NCBI GenBank assembly: GCA_002633005.1
Contig: NMRA01000137.1
Coordinates: forward strand, 620,001 to 684,000
Origin: Phoronis australis
Taxonomy: Eukaryota; Animalia; Phoronida
DNA length: 64,000 nucleotides
Reading direction: 5' to 3'
A model generated the notes under the pieces. That model was not told the DNA's origin. It did not search any database and saw nothing but the letters and a program-made list of their open reading frames with translations. Positions 1 to 13,657 of the stretch are shown in pieces (the first letter of the stretch is position 1; each line of letters starts with the position of its first letter). The translations under genes and the position numbers were made by a program.

Positions 1-270
1 TTGCTTATAGATTCATTTCTACTGACCAGACACAGATGACCAACACAGAATGTGTTTAACAGCAGGGCACACTGAGTGTTTGCTCAATAGAAGTGTATGC
101 AGAGCCATTCATATCACTTTCCTTTGTTCCTAGGAGGAACAGCAATTATGGAAACGTACATAACTTCAAGATAACCAGGGATTTATATTTTATTAAATGT
201 AACTTCAAAAATCGTTGTTTTCTATGTCAACATTGTTTTGAAAGCTTTCATCAACTTAATGTTATCTAGG

Positions 271-460
271 ACCCTAGAAAATGGTCAAATTTTGCTAACT
301 TTGGAACGTCATTTCTTAGAAATTGGTAATTGGATTCAAATGAAACTTACAGTTGCTATGCTTCTCTTGGTGTTCTCCAAAACAATGTTAGGAATTATAT
401 TTAAAATGTTCTATGTTTACATGAGTGGCTATCAAAAATAGGACTTCCATGATTTTCATG
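271..460 (+). repeat. Dispersed repeat (family B), related to 18722-18910
   Basis: accctagaaaa...aacttgg.aacgtc...atgaaactt...gctatgctt...gttctccaaaa...gttaggaa...ggctatcaaaaat is shared by both loci. Boundaries approximate. Confidence 0.65.
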
Positions 461-1995
461 AAAGAACTCAAGAGCTTCATAAAGTAAAAACAAAACAATG
501 ATGGGTTTATAAAACTGCAGAGTTGTCTTGAAGATTTTTGAAAAAATGAAATTTGGTCTTGTTTTGCTATCCATTTGCGTTTATTTTTTAATGGTTAATA
601 AATTTTACCAGAAGGGCATAGCCATGTGACCCGTTTACTGACAGAGTGATAACAAATACTAAATGCAATTTTAATGGCTTTCTTATTTCAGAAAGTATGC
701 TTTTACCCAAGTTGAAATCTTAAGTTCTACAGATATTTAGCTAAGCACACAGACTTGTCCATATGGAAATACAAACCCTTAACTGCCGTGCATGTCCCTC
801 CTGTTGTTGTTCATTCTACTGTCTTGGGTCAGTTTCGTTTGACCAAATTGTTAAAAAATATATCATAAGAAGAGGAGTTTAGAAATGTACAGTAGGTCAC
901 TGAGTCTGTAACAAATGAATTACTTTTACATGACCCTGAATGCATCTACTTTATTTACCATTTCCATTTTTGTTTCTCTGTCCTAGGAAACATGATCTGA
1001 AAGCTAGGGGTCCTAGTGATTATACGGGTGCTGGGGGGTCCTAGTCATTATAAGGGAGCTTGTTCAGGTTAGCATTTTCATTGTGGATACTGTTGTCAAC
1101 CATGGATTCTACTGTAAGCTTGGTCACTGGACCTGATCCTCTTGCACAATGCCTCATTAACGATTATGCTATCAATTATTAATTGCACGGTTACTATTTG
1201 TCACATAATCTTGTATAGGGGTCACAGTCTTAATCCTGTAACATGATTGATCGGAATTATTTTCTATACAAACTCTTGTTGGTTACTAGTCAGATTTGTG
1301 CTAAATGGCTGGGACAGTTCATTGAGATGTCTATCAGTCAAGAGGGAACAATCTGTTCCATATTGCCTAGTGTACACATTCATTCACTGGCACCTTACCA
1401 GTTGTTATTTCAGAACAGATGTCTAGCTGAGCATGTTGGATTAATGGACCCTATAGCTTAATTAGACTCAGCTTATCATTTAGTAATGAGTTGTATATGT
1501 TTCTATTGTTCTTGTCACCTAATCTAGACACATCAGGGATTTTTTTATGCAGGGGTTGTTGGTATTTGTTTTCCATTGTCTGTAGTGTTTTTGATCAGCT
1601 TAGTAATGAGTTCTCTGGTAACACTGCACAGGGCCTTTCTTATGCATTGTAGTGATCAAGATGTCACAGCTGTCGCGTGTATTTGAAATGGAGTGCAGTA
1701 GTGTTGGAAAAAACACTGAAAGAGATCCGTGAATTATGCAGTTGTGAAGGGTGCTAGAGGGAAATGTATTAGGCATTCTTTTTACAACACTTCATGAGAA
1801 CACCCACGGTTTCTTTATGGCTGGTTCTAAAACTCTGCGGTGATAATTACTTTGAGTGTTATTATGATTGCTTATACTGAAAATATTTAATAAGCAGATT
1901 TTCTGTATTGCGTTATTTTATTTTTATTAGTAGATAATCTTGAAAATTGGTGATACTCTATTAATCCAAACCTGTTTTTCACCTGTCTCATAACT

Positions 1996-2729
1996 CAGCG
2001 CTCCATTTAGTGGCCTCAGATTGCTTGGCAACCGTGGAAAAAATTTCAAGTCGCCAGTGCGAGTATCTAAGTCAGACAATAATTCCTTCTAAATTTATTT
2101 TAAACTTCATATTGACTCCTCTTCTTTAAATTGCTTAGAGCTTTCCAAAGTTTAAATACGTTTGATTCACAATTGTTCCGTTTATTTCATGAAATCGGTG
2201 CGTTTGGCACCATGCTTAAATTACAACAGGAAGTAAACAGACAAAAGATGGAATTGTTCGGAAAAAATCAGACAAGATTGATGAAATTCGCGCAGCCAGC
2301 ATGTTTGTTCATCGGCAGGTGGAGTTGAGTTAGTGAATGATCATACGCCTACCTTTAGCAGTGGCGGATTTAGAGGGGGGCCAAGAGGGCCATGGTTCCC
2401 CCTAAAATTCTCCCAGATTCCATTTCGCAGTTCGGGGATGAGAATGTCTGACATGCAGAATCCTGGCTAAAACTCTGCCCTGGGCCCCCCTAACTGAAAA
2501 TCCTGGATCCGCCCCTGTTTAGGTATTTTTGGGGAAAATTGGAGGAGTGCAAGATAATGCACAAAATTACTGCCATCCGCCCCTTTTTTGTATTCTTTTA
2601 TTCAACGAACCTTAAATTACACCAGATCTGATATTTTCAGTTTTGGCGACCTCAGATTTCGTTTGGTGACCTGAGATTTTCAATAGGTTGCCAAATGCAA
2701 CTTAGCATTTAGCTTAATGTTGAGCGCTG
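1996..2729. mobile_element. Non-autonomous DNA transposon (hAT-like CAG termini), degraded
   Basis: Termini CAGCGCTC...GAGCGCTG. Subterminal ttggcaacc...aaaatttcaagtcgcca on the left matches the reverse complement of the right end (ttggcaacctattgaaaatctcaggtcacca). No clear TSD. Confidence 0.6.
2359..2517. mobile_element. 159-bp MITE nested in the above element, with 5-bp TSD
   Basis: TIRs CAGTGGCGGATTTAG and CTGGATCCGCCCCTG (reverse complement CAGGGGCGGATCCAG), flanked by the direct repeat TTTAG at 2354-2358 and 2518-2522. Confidence 0.8.
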
Positions 2730-3171
2730 TATATTTGAAGATGATGTCACCTTCATTGTATGAATTATGAAAGTGGCACAACTCCCTCAGTTATGCTTTT
2801 GCGTTGTTTACCATCAGCCTTGCACCTCCTTTGATCCAGCCGAACTGAGCCCAGTCACATATAGTGGTGATCAAACAGCCCACAAAGGTCAAAACGTTTG
2901 CGAAAAAGCTAATCCGCATCTGGTCTGGTAGGATTACACAACCAGTCCCATGTGCAAGAACAATGCCTTCCTGAACAAATACATTAGTCCAGGACTCTTC
3001 ACTGTTTGTTGGTTTTCGCAATAAAAACACACTTCCTGTTTAAACAGACTCTTGCTTCAAGGTGGCAAGGTTGTAACATGGTCTGTTTTTTATTAGCTAA
3101 AAATCACTTGCTTAAGTCAGTTTTTCTGAAATGCATGAATGTATTTGTTGATGGAGAACTAGGTCACTGAT

Positions 3172-3386
3172 TTCACACAAAAAATAATTGCCAAAATTGT
3201 CATTTTCTTTTTTTCAAAACCAATTACTGCAAGTTGGAGATATTTTATCAAAAGTTGCTTCATGACATCTTCACAGCACAAACCATGTGCATGTAATAGA
3301 CTAAAATTTTCTTAATATTTACTTTTGTGAAGAAATTTGACAAAACAGAATTTCATTGTCTGTCATATTGTGTGCTAAATGAGTGA
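3172..3386 (+). repeat. Copy of an abundant ~200-bp dispersed repeat (family A)
   Basis: Begins cacaaaaataattgccaaaattgtcattttc and ends ttgtctgtcatattgtgtgctaaat. Related ends recur at least 10 times in the window. Confidence 0.7.
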
Positions 3387-6300
3387 AGGGTTACTGTGCA
3401 TTGGAAATTATTTACTGTTGGTCAGATAATGCCTATGTGAACAAAGTATTATAATGATGCTATCATTTTTGGTCACATGAAATGGAGATATTTGGAAGGG
3501 TATCAACACTTTTTTGTATCTGCTGGACGCAATATTAATACAATTTTATTGTAACAATATCACAAAAACTCATCCGAATTGAGAATCTTCACGTGTAGAT
3601 GCCATATTATCTAAATTTGCTTCATCTCATGCACGTTAACGCATTCTTTTGACACAAAAAATCTAGTTTTTGGGTTACCCTGTAAGACTGGCTTGCAGAG
3701 ATCCTTATGCCAATAGCAAACACCTGACACACAAAAACTTAGTGCAGTGGAAGCCTGAAAGTTTGGTTTTCATTCATATTTTACTTGACAAAATGTCCTA
3801 GAAGTCAGTGAATTAATAAATTGTAATATTTTTCATCCACAGACAATTTGCTAGCATTCCCTTTGAGCGTTTGCATATAGCAGTTGTAACTCGGTTATTG
3901 CAAAAAATTGTTTTTGTTAAAAATCACTACTTAAAATTTTGAACCACGCCATTTGCGCATTGTAGATGGCAGTGCTCATTTCTCCACCAAATAACTATCG
4001 CTATCTATTGATTACAGAGAATTGTGAGATGTATTTTCCCTACCTTGTTGGTTAGAAATATAGGACTGGTGAATTTTCTCAGCTTTCATTGGTTCTGCGT
4101 ACTTGCTGTGCTTTCAATGGTTGGTTCTGCTAGGAACACTCAGGTGTCCCACAATCCACTGCAGATATCCTACAAATCTCCAACTACATCAATCTCACCA
4201 TTTTCAAAGAATCAACATTTCTCACTTTTAAAAGCTCCAAACACTGTTGTGAATGCTTATAAATATTGTCAATATTTGAAACCAGTTCTGAGACAGTTTG
4301 AAAATGGCAAAACACCACTTTGGTGCTGGGTATCGCAAAAATGAACACAAATAGAAATTTCAATTGATCACGCGATTGTGTCATTAATTAACAAGATTTT
4401 ACCGTGCATGATTCATTTGAAAAGATTTTACCGTGGGTGATTCGTTATAAGAGAAATAAGGCTTTTGCTTCTGCTATGGTTGTTGCCTAACTTTTCATTG
4501 AGTCACTACTGGCTGCAATCAGTGTAGCAGCAATCAGATGGGGTCAAGCTTTGATGATGAAGTGATGTAACCAGTCCTTGAGTCTTTCCCTAATTAAAAC
4601 TCCCGTCTCAGGCAGTGTTTAGACAACACTGGTCAGGCACATGTTTCATAACAAATAACCACTCTTTGAACAGGTACACACCTGGTTTACATCAGGTGTC
4701 CATCACCCTGTTGGTTACCTGTCCTGCATTTGAGTGCTTGATTACAGATTTTGCTGCTATCAACAACTCCATCTAGTGTTCGGATTGGACTATGCTATTG
4801 ATGTTATAGCAAAATATTTTAGACTGACTAAAGAAGTTGCTGTTCCCAACTTTGTCAGTAAATCTGCTAAAATGCAAAACTAAACTGGATATTGTGTGAG
4901 CAGTTTGTCTGAGCTCATGATTTTTGAGCCTCTTAAAAATCCATGAAGTCCCCAGTTCTTGTATTCTCTAACAACAATTGTGGACTGGATTTTCTGGGGA
5001 CATTATTTAATTTTTGCTGTGATTATTAGAGAATGCAAGAAAACACGGGCTTTTGGGAATCGGGGTATTTTAAATTTTAGCCGTCGTATTTGTCAAACTT
5101 GGGTCCATTAACTTAAATGCCCCATGCAGCATCATTTCCAAACACTGGAATAGAACGGCTTTTTGGTAGAGAATGTGATCTCACTAGATACAATCTTCAA
5201 GAAAGTGTTTCGCTCATCAGCAATCTGATGTTGCTGTACGAATTACTGGTTTTCCTCAGTAAGTCTTTTCTATTTCAGTGTAAACCACTGGGAGACATTA
5301 ATTTGAGGCTATGTAAATAATTAGGTCGACAAGGTAAAATGAATGGACATTGCATGAGTCTAATTATCTAAGTAGTGCACATCATGATTATACTTTTAAA
5401 TACTTATAAACTAATGTGTTTAATTAAAAAAGAAACCTGATCTGCTTGGAGGTCAGATTTGTGTCATAATGTACACACCTACAGTAATACATAATTTCTA
5501 TTTGTTTTTTGTTATTAATTGATAGGGCAAGGTGCTTGCCCATCAGTGAGTGACATATTACACTATTTTGCACAAATGAAGTATCATCAACTCTCTAGGC
5601 TCTGCATTTGTAATAGATTATAATCAATTAAGTCCATTAATGGGGTGGATTATCGGGATTTGATAGCTAAAAGGAAATCATTTGCATTCACTTATCAAAT
5701 TTCCGCAAACAATGCACTAATTGAAAGTCAGTGGATTTTTCTCAACTTTGGTGTCCTCTTCTTAGTAACTTTGGTGAAGCGATGTCGAGAGTTGTTGAGG
5801 ATGAGAAGTCACCAGGTGAATTGAATTCGATATGGCAAATCAGTCGCCTTAAAATGGATGTTTACTTCAAGGAGATCGGCTATACTTCAGGTGTGAGGGG
5901 ATAATCCACCTCAGTTGAGCACCTGTAAAGTTCTTACAGTCGCCAGTGGGAGCAAACAAATACAAATTGAAGTTTGTGCTGTCTGTGCCTGCTTGACCCT
6001 TGAGACAAATGATTCATCCAATTTTCCATAGTGGGATTTTGAGTCCCTCTCCCGTACAGTTAACTTCACCGCTACCAAAGATTCGATGTTAACTGTGATG
6101 AACCGCGAAGTAAAGGGTTACTGTTCCCATCATCTTTGGAGTTACAGTTCTCTGAAGTTATCGCAAGGTTGTGCTAATATGACCTTTGGACATATGGCCT
6201 TGCCGTTTTTGACAGTGCTTGCCATCTCCAGATGGAAGCTAGAACGTCAACTACACAAGGCAGCCAGACAGTTGCCACATTGGGACTATGTTCTAGAAAA

Positions 6301-7610
6301 TGAAAAATTTAAAAATTTGACTTTTGAGCAGGCTAACAGCTGATCCTAACAAAGGCAGTATGGTGAAGCGGGAACTCGTTTTGCGTACAACACGTGTTCA
6401 ATAATTTTTGAATGTGAAGAATCCCTCAAATGTGTGGATTAATTGAAACTGGATGTATATACTGCCAAATTTGAACAAAATTTTTACAAATAGTATCCTT
6501 TCACTGACCACTGTTGACTAACGTAGGCAGTGACCCCTGTTGATAATTCCGATGGCATTGCAGTTACGTTTTCCCATTGTAGTGAAGCCTCTACACTTAT
6601 TTAATTGACTTCTTTACTTTGGAATTAACTGGTGCTATTAACTTCAAGATGGAATTTAAGTGTTCGCATGGACCGAAGCTGCTGCAACATCGAAGCTTAG
6701 GAGCCAGTAGGAAAGGCCTTTAGAACAACAAATTATTTTTTGCAGTACTAATACACTAATATGTGTGATTGCCTAGTCCATAATCACCACAGAAAATTGT
6801 GCCTGTGCAGGCTAATGTTAACTAATACTGTTGCTGTACTAAGCATCTATTTATTCAAATTTTCTTTCTGATTAGTGCTCCTTTGTATGAGGGTTACTGC
6901 AATTGGAAGAGGCCAAAAGACCTTCCTCAAGAACATTAACCTTTTCACCAGCCAGAACTCTTATGGCTGGCCCATTGTTAAACTGTTGATGTTGACAATA
7001 GCCAGTGGTCTGTATTGTGGCCTTTGATGTTGCCTGCTCAGACCAGCTGATTACATTCAGTGATTATGAAACCCAAATAGTCCAGCCTAATCTGATAACA
7101 GAGCTAAGACTAAGAATACACATTGATGGACTGTGACTGCAGGAACCAAGTGAAATGAGCTGTATTAAAGGGACCAAGTTGAAAGCCAGAACCATTTTGC
7201 TGAAATTGTCTCAGAACAAACCTAATTAAACAATGAACCACATTAGTAAAATCTATGACCCCTTCTGACTACTGTTGAAGCTTGAAAGATAGCATGGGTG
7301 GTGTTTTAGAAACAGAAAGAACTAACTGTCTGAGATGTAAGATTGATGACAATGATCTGTCATTATATAAATGCACAAATACATATTTCAAAGTATGATA
7401 TTGATGCACTATGTGGATGGAATAACTGGATTTGGTGATTTCCCAGCAGTATACAGTACCATTCAAAAGTATTCTAACAAAAATGATCCAGAATGTCATG
7501 TAATGTCAGCTAGGTGGAACTGGAATTCCTCGTCAAAGTAGTCTTCTTTCAAGACCAAGGATGAAAGGTAAGTATCAAGAAAGTTAGGAAGTTGACTAAG
7601 CCATTCTGTA

Positions 7611-7740
7611 CTTAGAATTTTGCTGCCTTCATAGCTATTACCAATTCTCTTTTGCAGTTAAAAGAATTAGCTGTCACAAGGGGGAAATGGTATTTTATCT
7701 GATTACTGTTGTCTTGTACAGTACACGAGACCTTAGGGAT
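7611..7740 (+). repeat. Dispersed repeat (family C), related to 28241-28360
   Basis: agaattagctgt...gga aa.ggtatttt.tctgat...ttgtcttgta..gtacacg is shared by both loci. Confidence 0.62.
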
Positions 7741-8503
7741 CCTACTCATTGCATTGGACTGCATTGTTTTGTCTGAGTGTTCACAGTTGTTTCCAAATTC
7801 AAGCTGTAGCAAAAAAGTGTCTCGTTCTAACGCAAAGGAGTTTTACCCATGCATATTTAATTATCTTCTGGCTTGCAAACTAAATTTTTAACTTTCTAAC
7901 AAAGTTTTTGTTGTAATTTGTCTTTTATCAGTTTACTTGGTTGGCCAAGTGCAGGTAATAATTACTAGTCAATCAAAACGTCTTTTCAGTTAACAGTACA
8001 CAGACTGAACCTTTCACTGTAGATACAACCAACTCCAGGGGTGGATTGGGTCAATGTCTTTGTCCCATTAAACCTCCATATGAATAATTTTCCATTCACT
8101 AGATATACTATTATCAGCTTACACCCCATCAAATCTGTCTGAGCTCTGACTGGAAATCAATTGGGCTGTTCACTTTGAAGTTTTTAAGCCAAGTAAAACC
8201 TACCAATTTCAAGGACCATTATGATCTTAATTATCTGAACAGTCAAAAGTTATACAAATGTTATTGTAGTGGATTAGTCAGTTTCCTTGTGAGCCCAGAC
8301 CAAGGGACCGCTCCTTTGATCTTGCATATTAAGACCTTAACTACAATAGGTGCTGCAGTAAAGCCTGATTTATTTCCAATGTAATTACTTATGTGAATGA
8401 CTGTAAACACATCTAGGTTACATGGAATGTAATTGTAATGATTTTCCTTTCATGTCCAAGTGTGAGCTGCTAAAATCAAGTTGCACCCATGGAGGTATAT
8501 GGA

Positions 8504-8873
8504 TCCTGTTTATTACCTGTCTGCTTCTCAGTGGAGTTTAATGGGGACCCCCCCTTGGTAAAGAACACCTGCTGAGGCAGTGTGAGAAGAAATTTGCTGT
8601 GGCAATGTTGCTAAAATTCAGCCCCATTGCATTAGTTTTTTATTACAGAAACATTTTGTAGATTTGTAGTTTAGCCATCAATGTTAATTTGGTCCTGTTT
8701 ATTACCTGTATGCTTCTTAGTAGAGTTTAATGGGGACCCCCTTGGTAAAGAACATCTGCTGAGGCAGTGCGAGAAGAAATTTGCAGAGTATATTGCTAAA
8801 AGTCAGCCCCATTGCATTATTTTTTATTGCAGACACATTTTGTAGATTTGTAGTTTAGCCATAAAGGTTAATT
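8504..8873. repeat. Tandem duplication, two copies of ~189 bp
   Basis: tcctgtttattacctgt...gtagatttgtagtttagccat..gttaatt starts at 8504 and again at 8693, with scattered substitutions. Confidence 0.92.
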
Positions 8874-11470
8874 CTTAACTGAAGTGTATTAGGGTTTAAA
8901 AAAATTGCCATGCTTAGCCGGTCCTAAAGTACAGCCTAATGAGTGGGCAACTCTCGAACCCCTATAAACTCTGGAGCATTTTCTTCAGTAAGTGATTGCA
9001 TCCTGTCACAGTAAGGAATATTGTGAGACTTAAGTCATTTTTATTTTTTTGCGGCTAAATGCTGAGGAAATATAGTTTTAAACAAACTCATTTGGATCTG
9101 TAAGCATTGTTGTCAACAGTTTTCATTGCTAGATTTGTTGTTTTAGAAACTTGAATGTGAAATGAAATAATAAAGAGATATGTTGTGGATTCAAACCACT
9201 TTTTTAGAAAGCGCCTTGCAATATCCTTCTTGTAGCCAGAGCGGATCATTTATGTCACTTTCCCCCTACCAGCATTGCAGCTCTCCTGTTTTGCAGAGTT
9301 CAGGTTAGCTGAAACGCTTTAAACTAACAGACTGAAACATCTATCGCAACTCCTCAAAAATCGGTGTATTAAACTTTGGAGTTGCTCACTCCTTCATCGG
9401 GTGTAAACACTAGAAGTCATGACTGGCTTGATACAGATGGATGATTCGAATGAACTACGCCATCTGGTGTTTAATCCCTAGAACTATGTTAGAAACTTAA
9501 ATTGGTCCCAGAACCTAAAGCCTGACACAGGAAATGTCAGTTAGTGTGCCGTCAGTCAGACTACCACCAACCACTCACAGGAACTGTTAAGCTCATAGCA
9601 AGTCATTAAAAATGAATTTCAGGGTTTGAGATCTGCTGAAAAATGTTAACAGTTCCACTACACTGCTAGGGAACAACAGCCATCTCTTTTGAAGGACAAG
9701 GAACGGATGTATGATTGACTGGTGAAACCAGAGTTTTGTAGGCTTTGGTAAATTTTATGTTAGTATGTACAATTGCTCATTTGAAGCAACTTTTAGCATG
9801 ACCCTTTCTATTTCAGTTTTTAACCAGAGGTAGCTCTTTGTATGTGAGGTTATTTTCTGCAAAGTTTATCACAACAGAGAATGGCTGCGAATGTAGCTCT
9901 CGGAAGTTATGATGAAGTTTATGATATTTCAGGTTTGCCAAGTTTCCTGTTCTCTCAGCTCACATGTCCTGGGGAAACTGTTTTAGAGAACGCTTGAAAA
10001 CTACTAGTGATCCCTGGACCTCCATCACCCATTTCTGTATCGCCTATTATCCTAAGTTTAGGAGATTCCTTTGGGACAAAACAACCTGTAATTTGACAAA
10101 TTTGGCGTTCAAATGGTGTCCAGTGTACTCCGCATTCAGCCTGGTGTCCCCCCTCCCCGCCTCTCAGGCTCCTGTTTACTTGTAAAGTCAATAGGCCAGT
10201 CATGTTTTGACCAAAGTCCACTTTGTTGACCAATTTGTCAAAGCTAGATAAAATTACAAGTTTTGATTTGCAGCCCCTGTAATTTTCAGGTAATTACAGG
10301 TGTGTCATGACTAATTCGTCCTCAGATTACATGGCATTGGAATGTCCTCACAGCTTGGAAGGTCCCAGATAGCAACTGAGGATGCTTGTTAGTACCCCTT
10401 GTTACCTGTCATTAGATTATCTCTGGAATGCCCGGGCCACCCTGATCAAGACTTTGAGTTTCGGCTCAGATTAATGTACTTTAACCTACTGCGCTCCCTG
10501 AGCCCAGTTGTGCTGAATCAAAAATCCATGCACTTGAGTCCTGGGGCCATTTCTGTCGAGCGCGTCTCGATGGTAGGATATCAATCTCAATGCATTTGTC
10601 ATTACACTTTGTGCAAATGAAATTGAAATATTTAGGTTAAATATTCTTTGGGTGCCCTGCGGTATAACTGTTACACATTAATTTCAATTGAACTAGTAGT
10701 CACATTCCAAACTTGGTCATTTGAAATTGGGCTGTGTTGATGATCGAGTTTCCCTATAATTTATTTCATTCATTGCACATTGCCTACTTGTTTATGTATT
10801 CTACTCCTGGCTAAATTTCCCTCTCTTAAGTGTGCAGCCGAAGTTTGTAATCCTTTGGAAGAAAGTTCTTCCTTTGGTTCAAATTTCCACAAAAGTCAAA
10901 GTTACATTCAACTGGTTTTTGTATATCTAAAACTTTGAAACTCAGTTTACTTTATTCTGATGTTATAGTTTTTTTGAGTTATTGCAAAATGAAGGATTAA
11001 AAGACTAAGTGTCTAAAAAGTTACAATTTTCAAGTGTTGAAAGGTTCCTTATAATATTTCATTCTAATGAGATTATCCAACTATTGAATTGCAAAATTCA
11101 GTTGTTCCCTGGCCATCCTTTGCACCAATTTTGTTACCTGGGTCACGTGCTGGCGAAAATGTTTCCGTAAGCACTTTAGCCAACAACCTAAAGGCAAGTA
11201 CGTTATGTCAACGGCACTTCGCTGGAGGTTTGAATTACTTGTAATCTAAGGGCATTTTTGGTAGCACTTTTTTAGTCAGATCGCTTTCTTCAAAAAACTC
11301 ACACGCACAGGGATTATAAGCCTGTTTTATAACCGTGATGGCAGAGAGTGCGTGTGTTATTTGCTTAAAACCGATTTGAGTGGCGAGGAAACAAACTAAC
11401 GCTGGCGAAAATCACCCCTTCAGGGACAGCTGGTCTGTCTGGCTAACATGCTAGCCACTGGTGTGAACCT

Positions 11471-11519
11471 TGTGTGTGTGTGTNNNNNNNNNNNNNNNNN
11501 NNNNNNNNNNNNNNNNNNN
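11471..11519. repeat. (TG)n microsatellite running into an assembly gap (36 N)
   Basis: tgtgtgtgtgtgt at 11471-11483 followed by N at 11484-11519. Confidence 0.9.
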
Positions 11520-12295
11520 CTCCTTTTCGGCACCCTTTCATGTGGCATAATCTATAATCATTTGACTGAAGTGGTCATTAAGCTATTACCATTATCAGAT
11601 ATGGGGAGCTGTTATGCAATGTGGCTGTAGCTTTTCTCTGCATTTGTTGCCTGGTCTTATTCAACCCCATGCCTCAGGAACCTCCTGACAATTTCTCTGG
11701 ATTTAATAGACACATGGGCATTGAACTTTTCAAGAACAGAAACTGACTTGGTCTGGACTGCCGTTGGGGAGTATATCTATGCTAGGAACCAATATGAGAT
11801 TGGTTCCTAGATCTATGTTATGACCACTGCCTGTGGTAATAGCCCTTCGAAATAATGGCACACTGCAGAAGTGGGTACTCCCTGAGTACTGTGTTTCCTT
11901 AGTATATATCTACTGAAAACAAAAATGAATTGACCTCCACTTCATAAAATTGGTTTCATAAAATTCCTAACGTTGCTAGAACTAAATATTGGTTACCAAT
12001 AAAAACACTGAGACCATCAGTAGCCCAAGAAAATGTTTAGAATTTATAAAGTCCCGTCAGCACACAACCTACCCTAGAACAACTTGCACTAGTGCAACTT
12101 ACCCCCACTTTTGAGTGGAGCATCCACACACACAGACACACATGTCCGATAACTGGTGTAAGACTGAACTTGTCGCTCTGTGCGTAGGAATGAATGCCTA
12201 ATGCGAGTACGGCGCTCAAAAGAAAACCGTCTGTATGTAACCGGAGCTGATAATTACTTCCGCCCTACCCCACTTTTGCGGCACAAGTGGGTTAA

Positions 12296-13657
12296 GGTTA
12301 TCTCCAACCTTATTTAGTGGCCTCCATTCTAACTCGTATATCAAAAAAACTGAGCTTTGTCAACTAGTAAAAGTATACATTTTCTGAAAGAAAAAAGACC
12401 AAGAAATACAATATACTTTTTTATTGTTATTATTTTTACGTTAAAACCTTTTTTAAATCAAAATTTCATTTTTAAGAAAGGTACATTCATAGCAAATTTT
12501 AAAGGAAAGTTTCACCACTTACCTCAAAAAAGCTGTACCGTAGGAATTTTTGATTAGTCTTCGTTTGGTCTCTATGACAAATCAACTTGCAAAACGTAAG
12601 GTATTTTTGTAAAAAAATGAAGTCGTATTCATCTTTTTAACATTACGCAAAAACTAGGCCTTTATATCAAAAATCGTAACAGCGTTGTTGAGATTGATGA
12701 TTAAATATGAAGTTTTGGCAAGTTTCAGAGATCTCCATCGAGCCGTTTTCGAGAACTAGTGTTCCTAAGTTCAAATAAAGTTGATTTGCAGAAGCTGAGA
12801 AAAAGCCAATTAAACCGGGACAAGTGAAAATCTCAAAGTCTTCATTTAATTATTCCGTGAAAACTTGTTTTCGGTAGACATAACCTATACAATCCTTAAC
12901 TATGTTAGCAATTTTAACGTTCACTCACAATGTCAACTGATTTTGCAGTGCGTAACTAACTTAAAATCTCAAATAGACGTATCTTTCCCAGCCAATTTTT
13001 ACTATTATTTACAACCTACTTTCTAAGTAGGTCACAGTTCATAGCCCGTAAACATCACGTGCTGGGAGACTGATACAAAACCAAGTAAGAAATGGATTAC
13101 AAAAATCAAATCGGTAGTTAAAGTATGTCGTTAGCATGAGATCGAAACATCGAAAATGTCAACTTACTAATTGAATTAAGGAATTGGGGTGAGGATTCAT
13201 CTCTTTTCACAACTTTCTATGCTCATGACCACAGAGGCTTGGCTGAGGCGACTCGTAGCATTCGTTTTCAACGCCAACGGTCGTATGCATGCAGACGCAC
13301 AACTCCATTAGGATCAAAACTTCGTTTTGTCTTTGTTTTCTCCGGCGCCATTCTATCATAAGTACACCTTGTTGGGTCAATGTTATGGCGACTTTTTGAA
13401 TGAAAGGACTGAGGGTATACGAAGCTGTTCTGTACCTGGCAGCAGATTTGATTTCATTGAAAGACCAGCCTTTGATAAGTAGTAAACAAATATCCACGTG
13501 GTTGTGCGGTTCCAAGGTGGTTCTGCTAAATCTTTTTTTCGCTACGCGGTATATATTTTGTATTTGAAGTTCCCCTAGAATGAAGATAAGGTATTTTGCT
13601 AGACACAAGTGAAATTGTAAAAATGGCCAATTTTTGTGAATAAGATTGGAGATATCC
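12296..13657. mobile_element. Kolobok-like non-autonomous DNA transposon (1362 bp, TTAA TSD)
   Basis: TTAA at 12292-12295 and 13658-13661. TIR GGTTATCTCCAACCTTATT versus reverse complement of the right end GGATATCTCCAATCTTATT (17/19). Purine-purine 5' termini with a TTAA target fit Kolobok rather than piggyBac (CC termini). No transposase ORF. Confidence 0.78.

Noticed and set aside
7612-7812. Peptide similarity between ORFs 7612..7812 and 28191..28454 suggesting a paralogous gene pair
   Set aside because: Explained by DNA-level similarity of a non-coding dispersed repeat (family C).
13207-13608. Longest ORF in the track (133 aa, - strand) as a transposon gene
   Set aside because: It lies inside the Kolobok-like element but shows no recognisable DDE, THAP or zinc-finger motif, and its length is within chance range.
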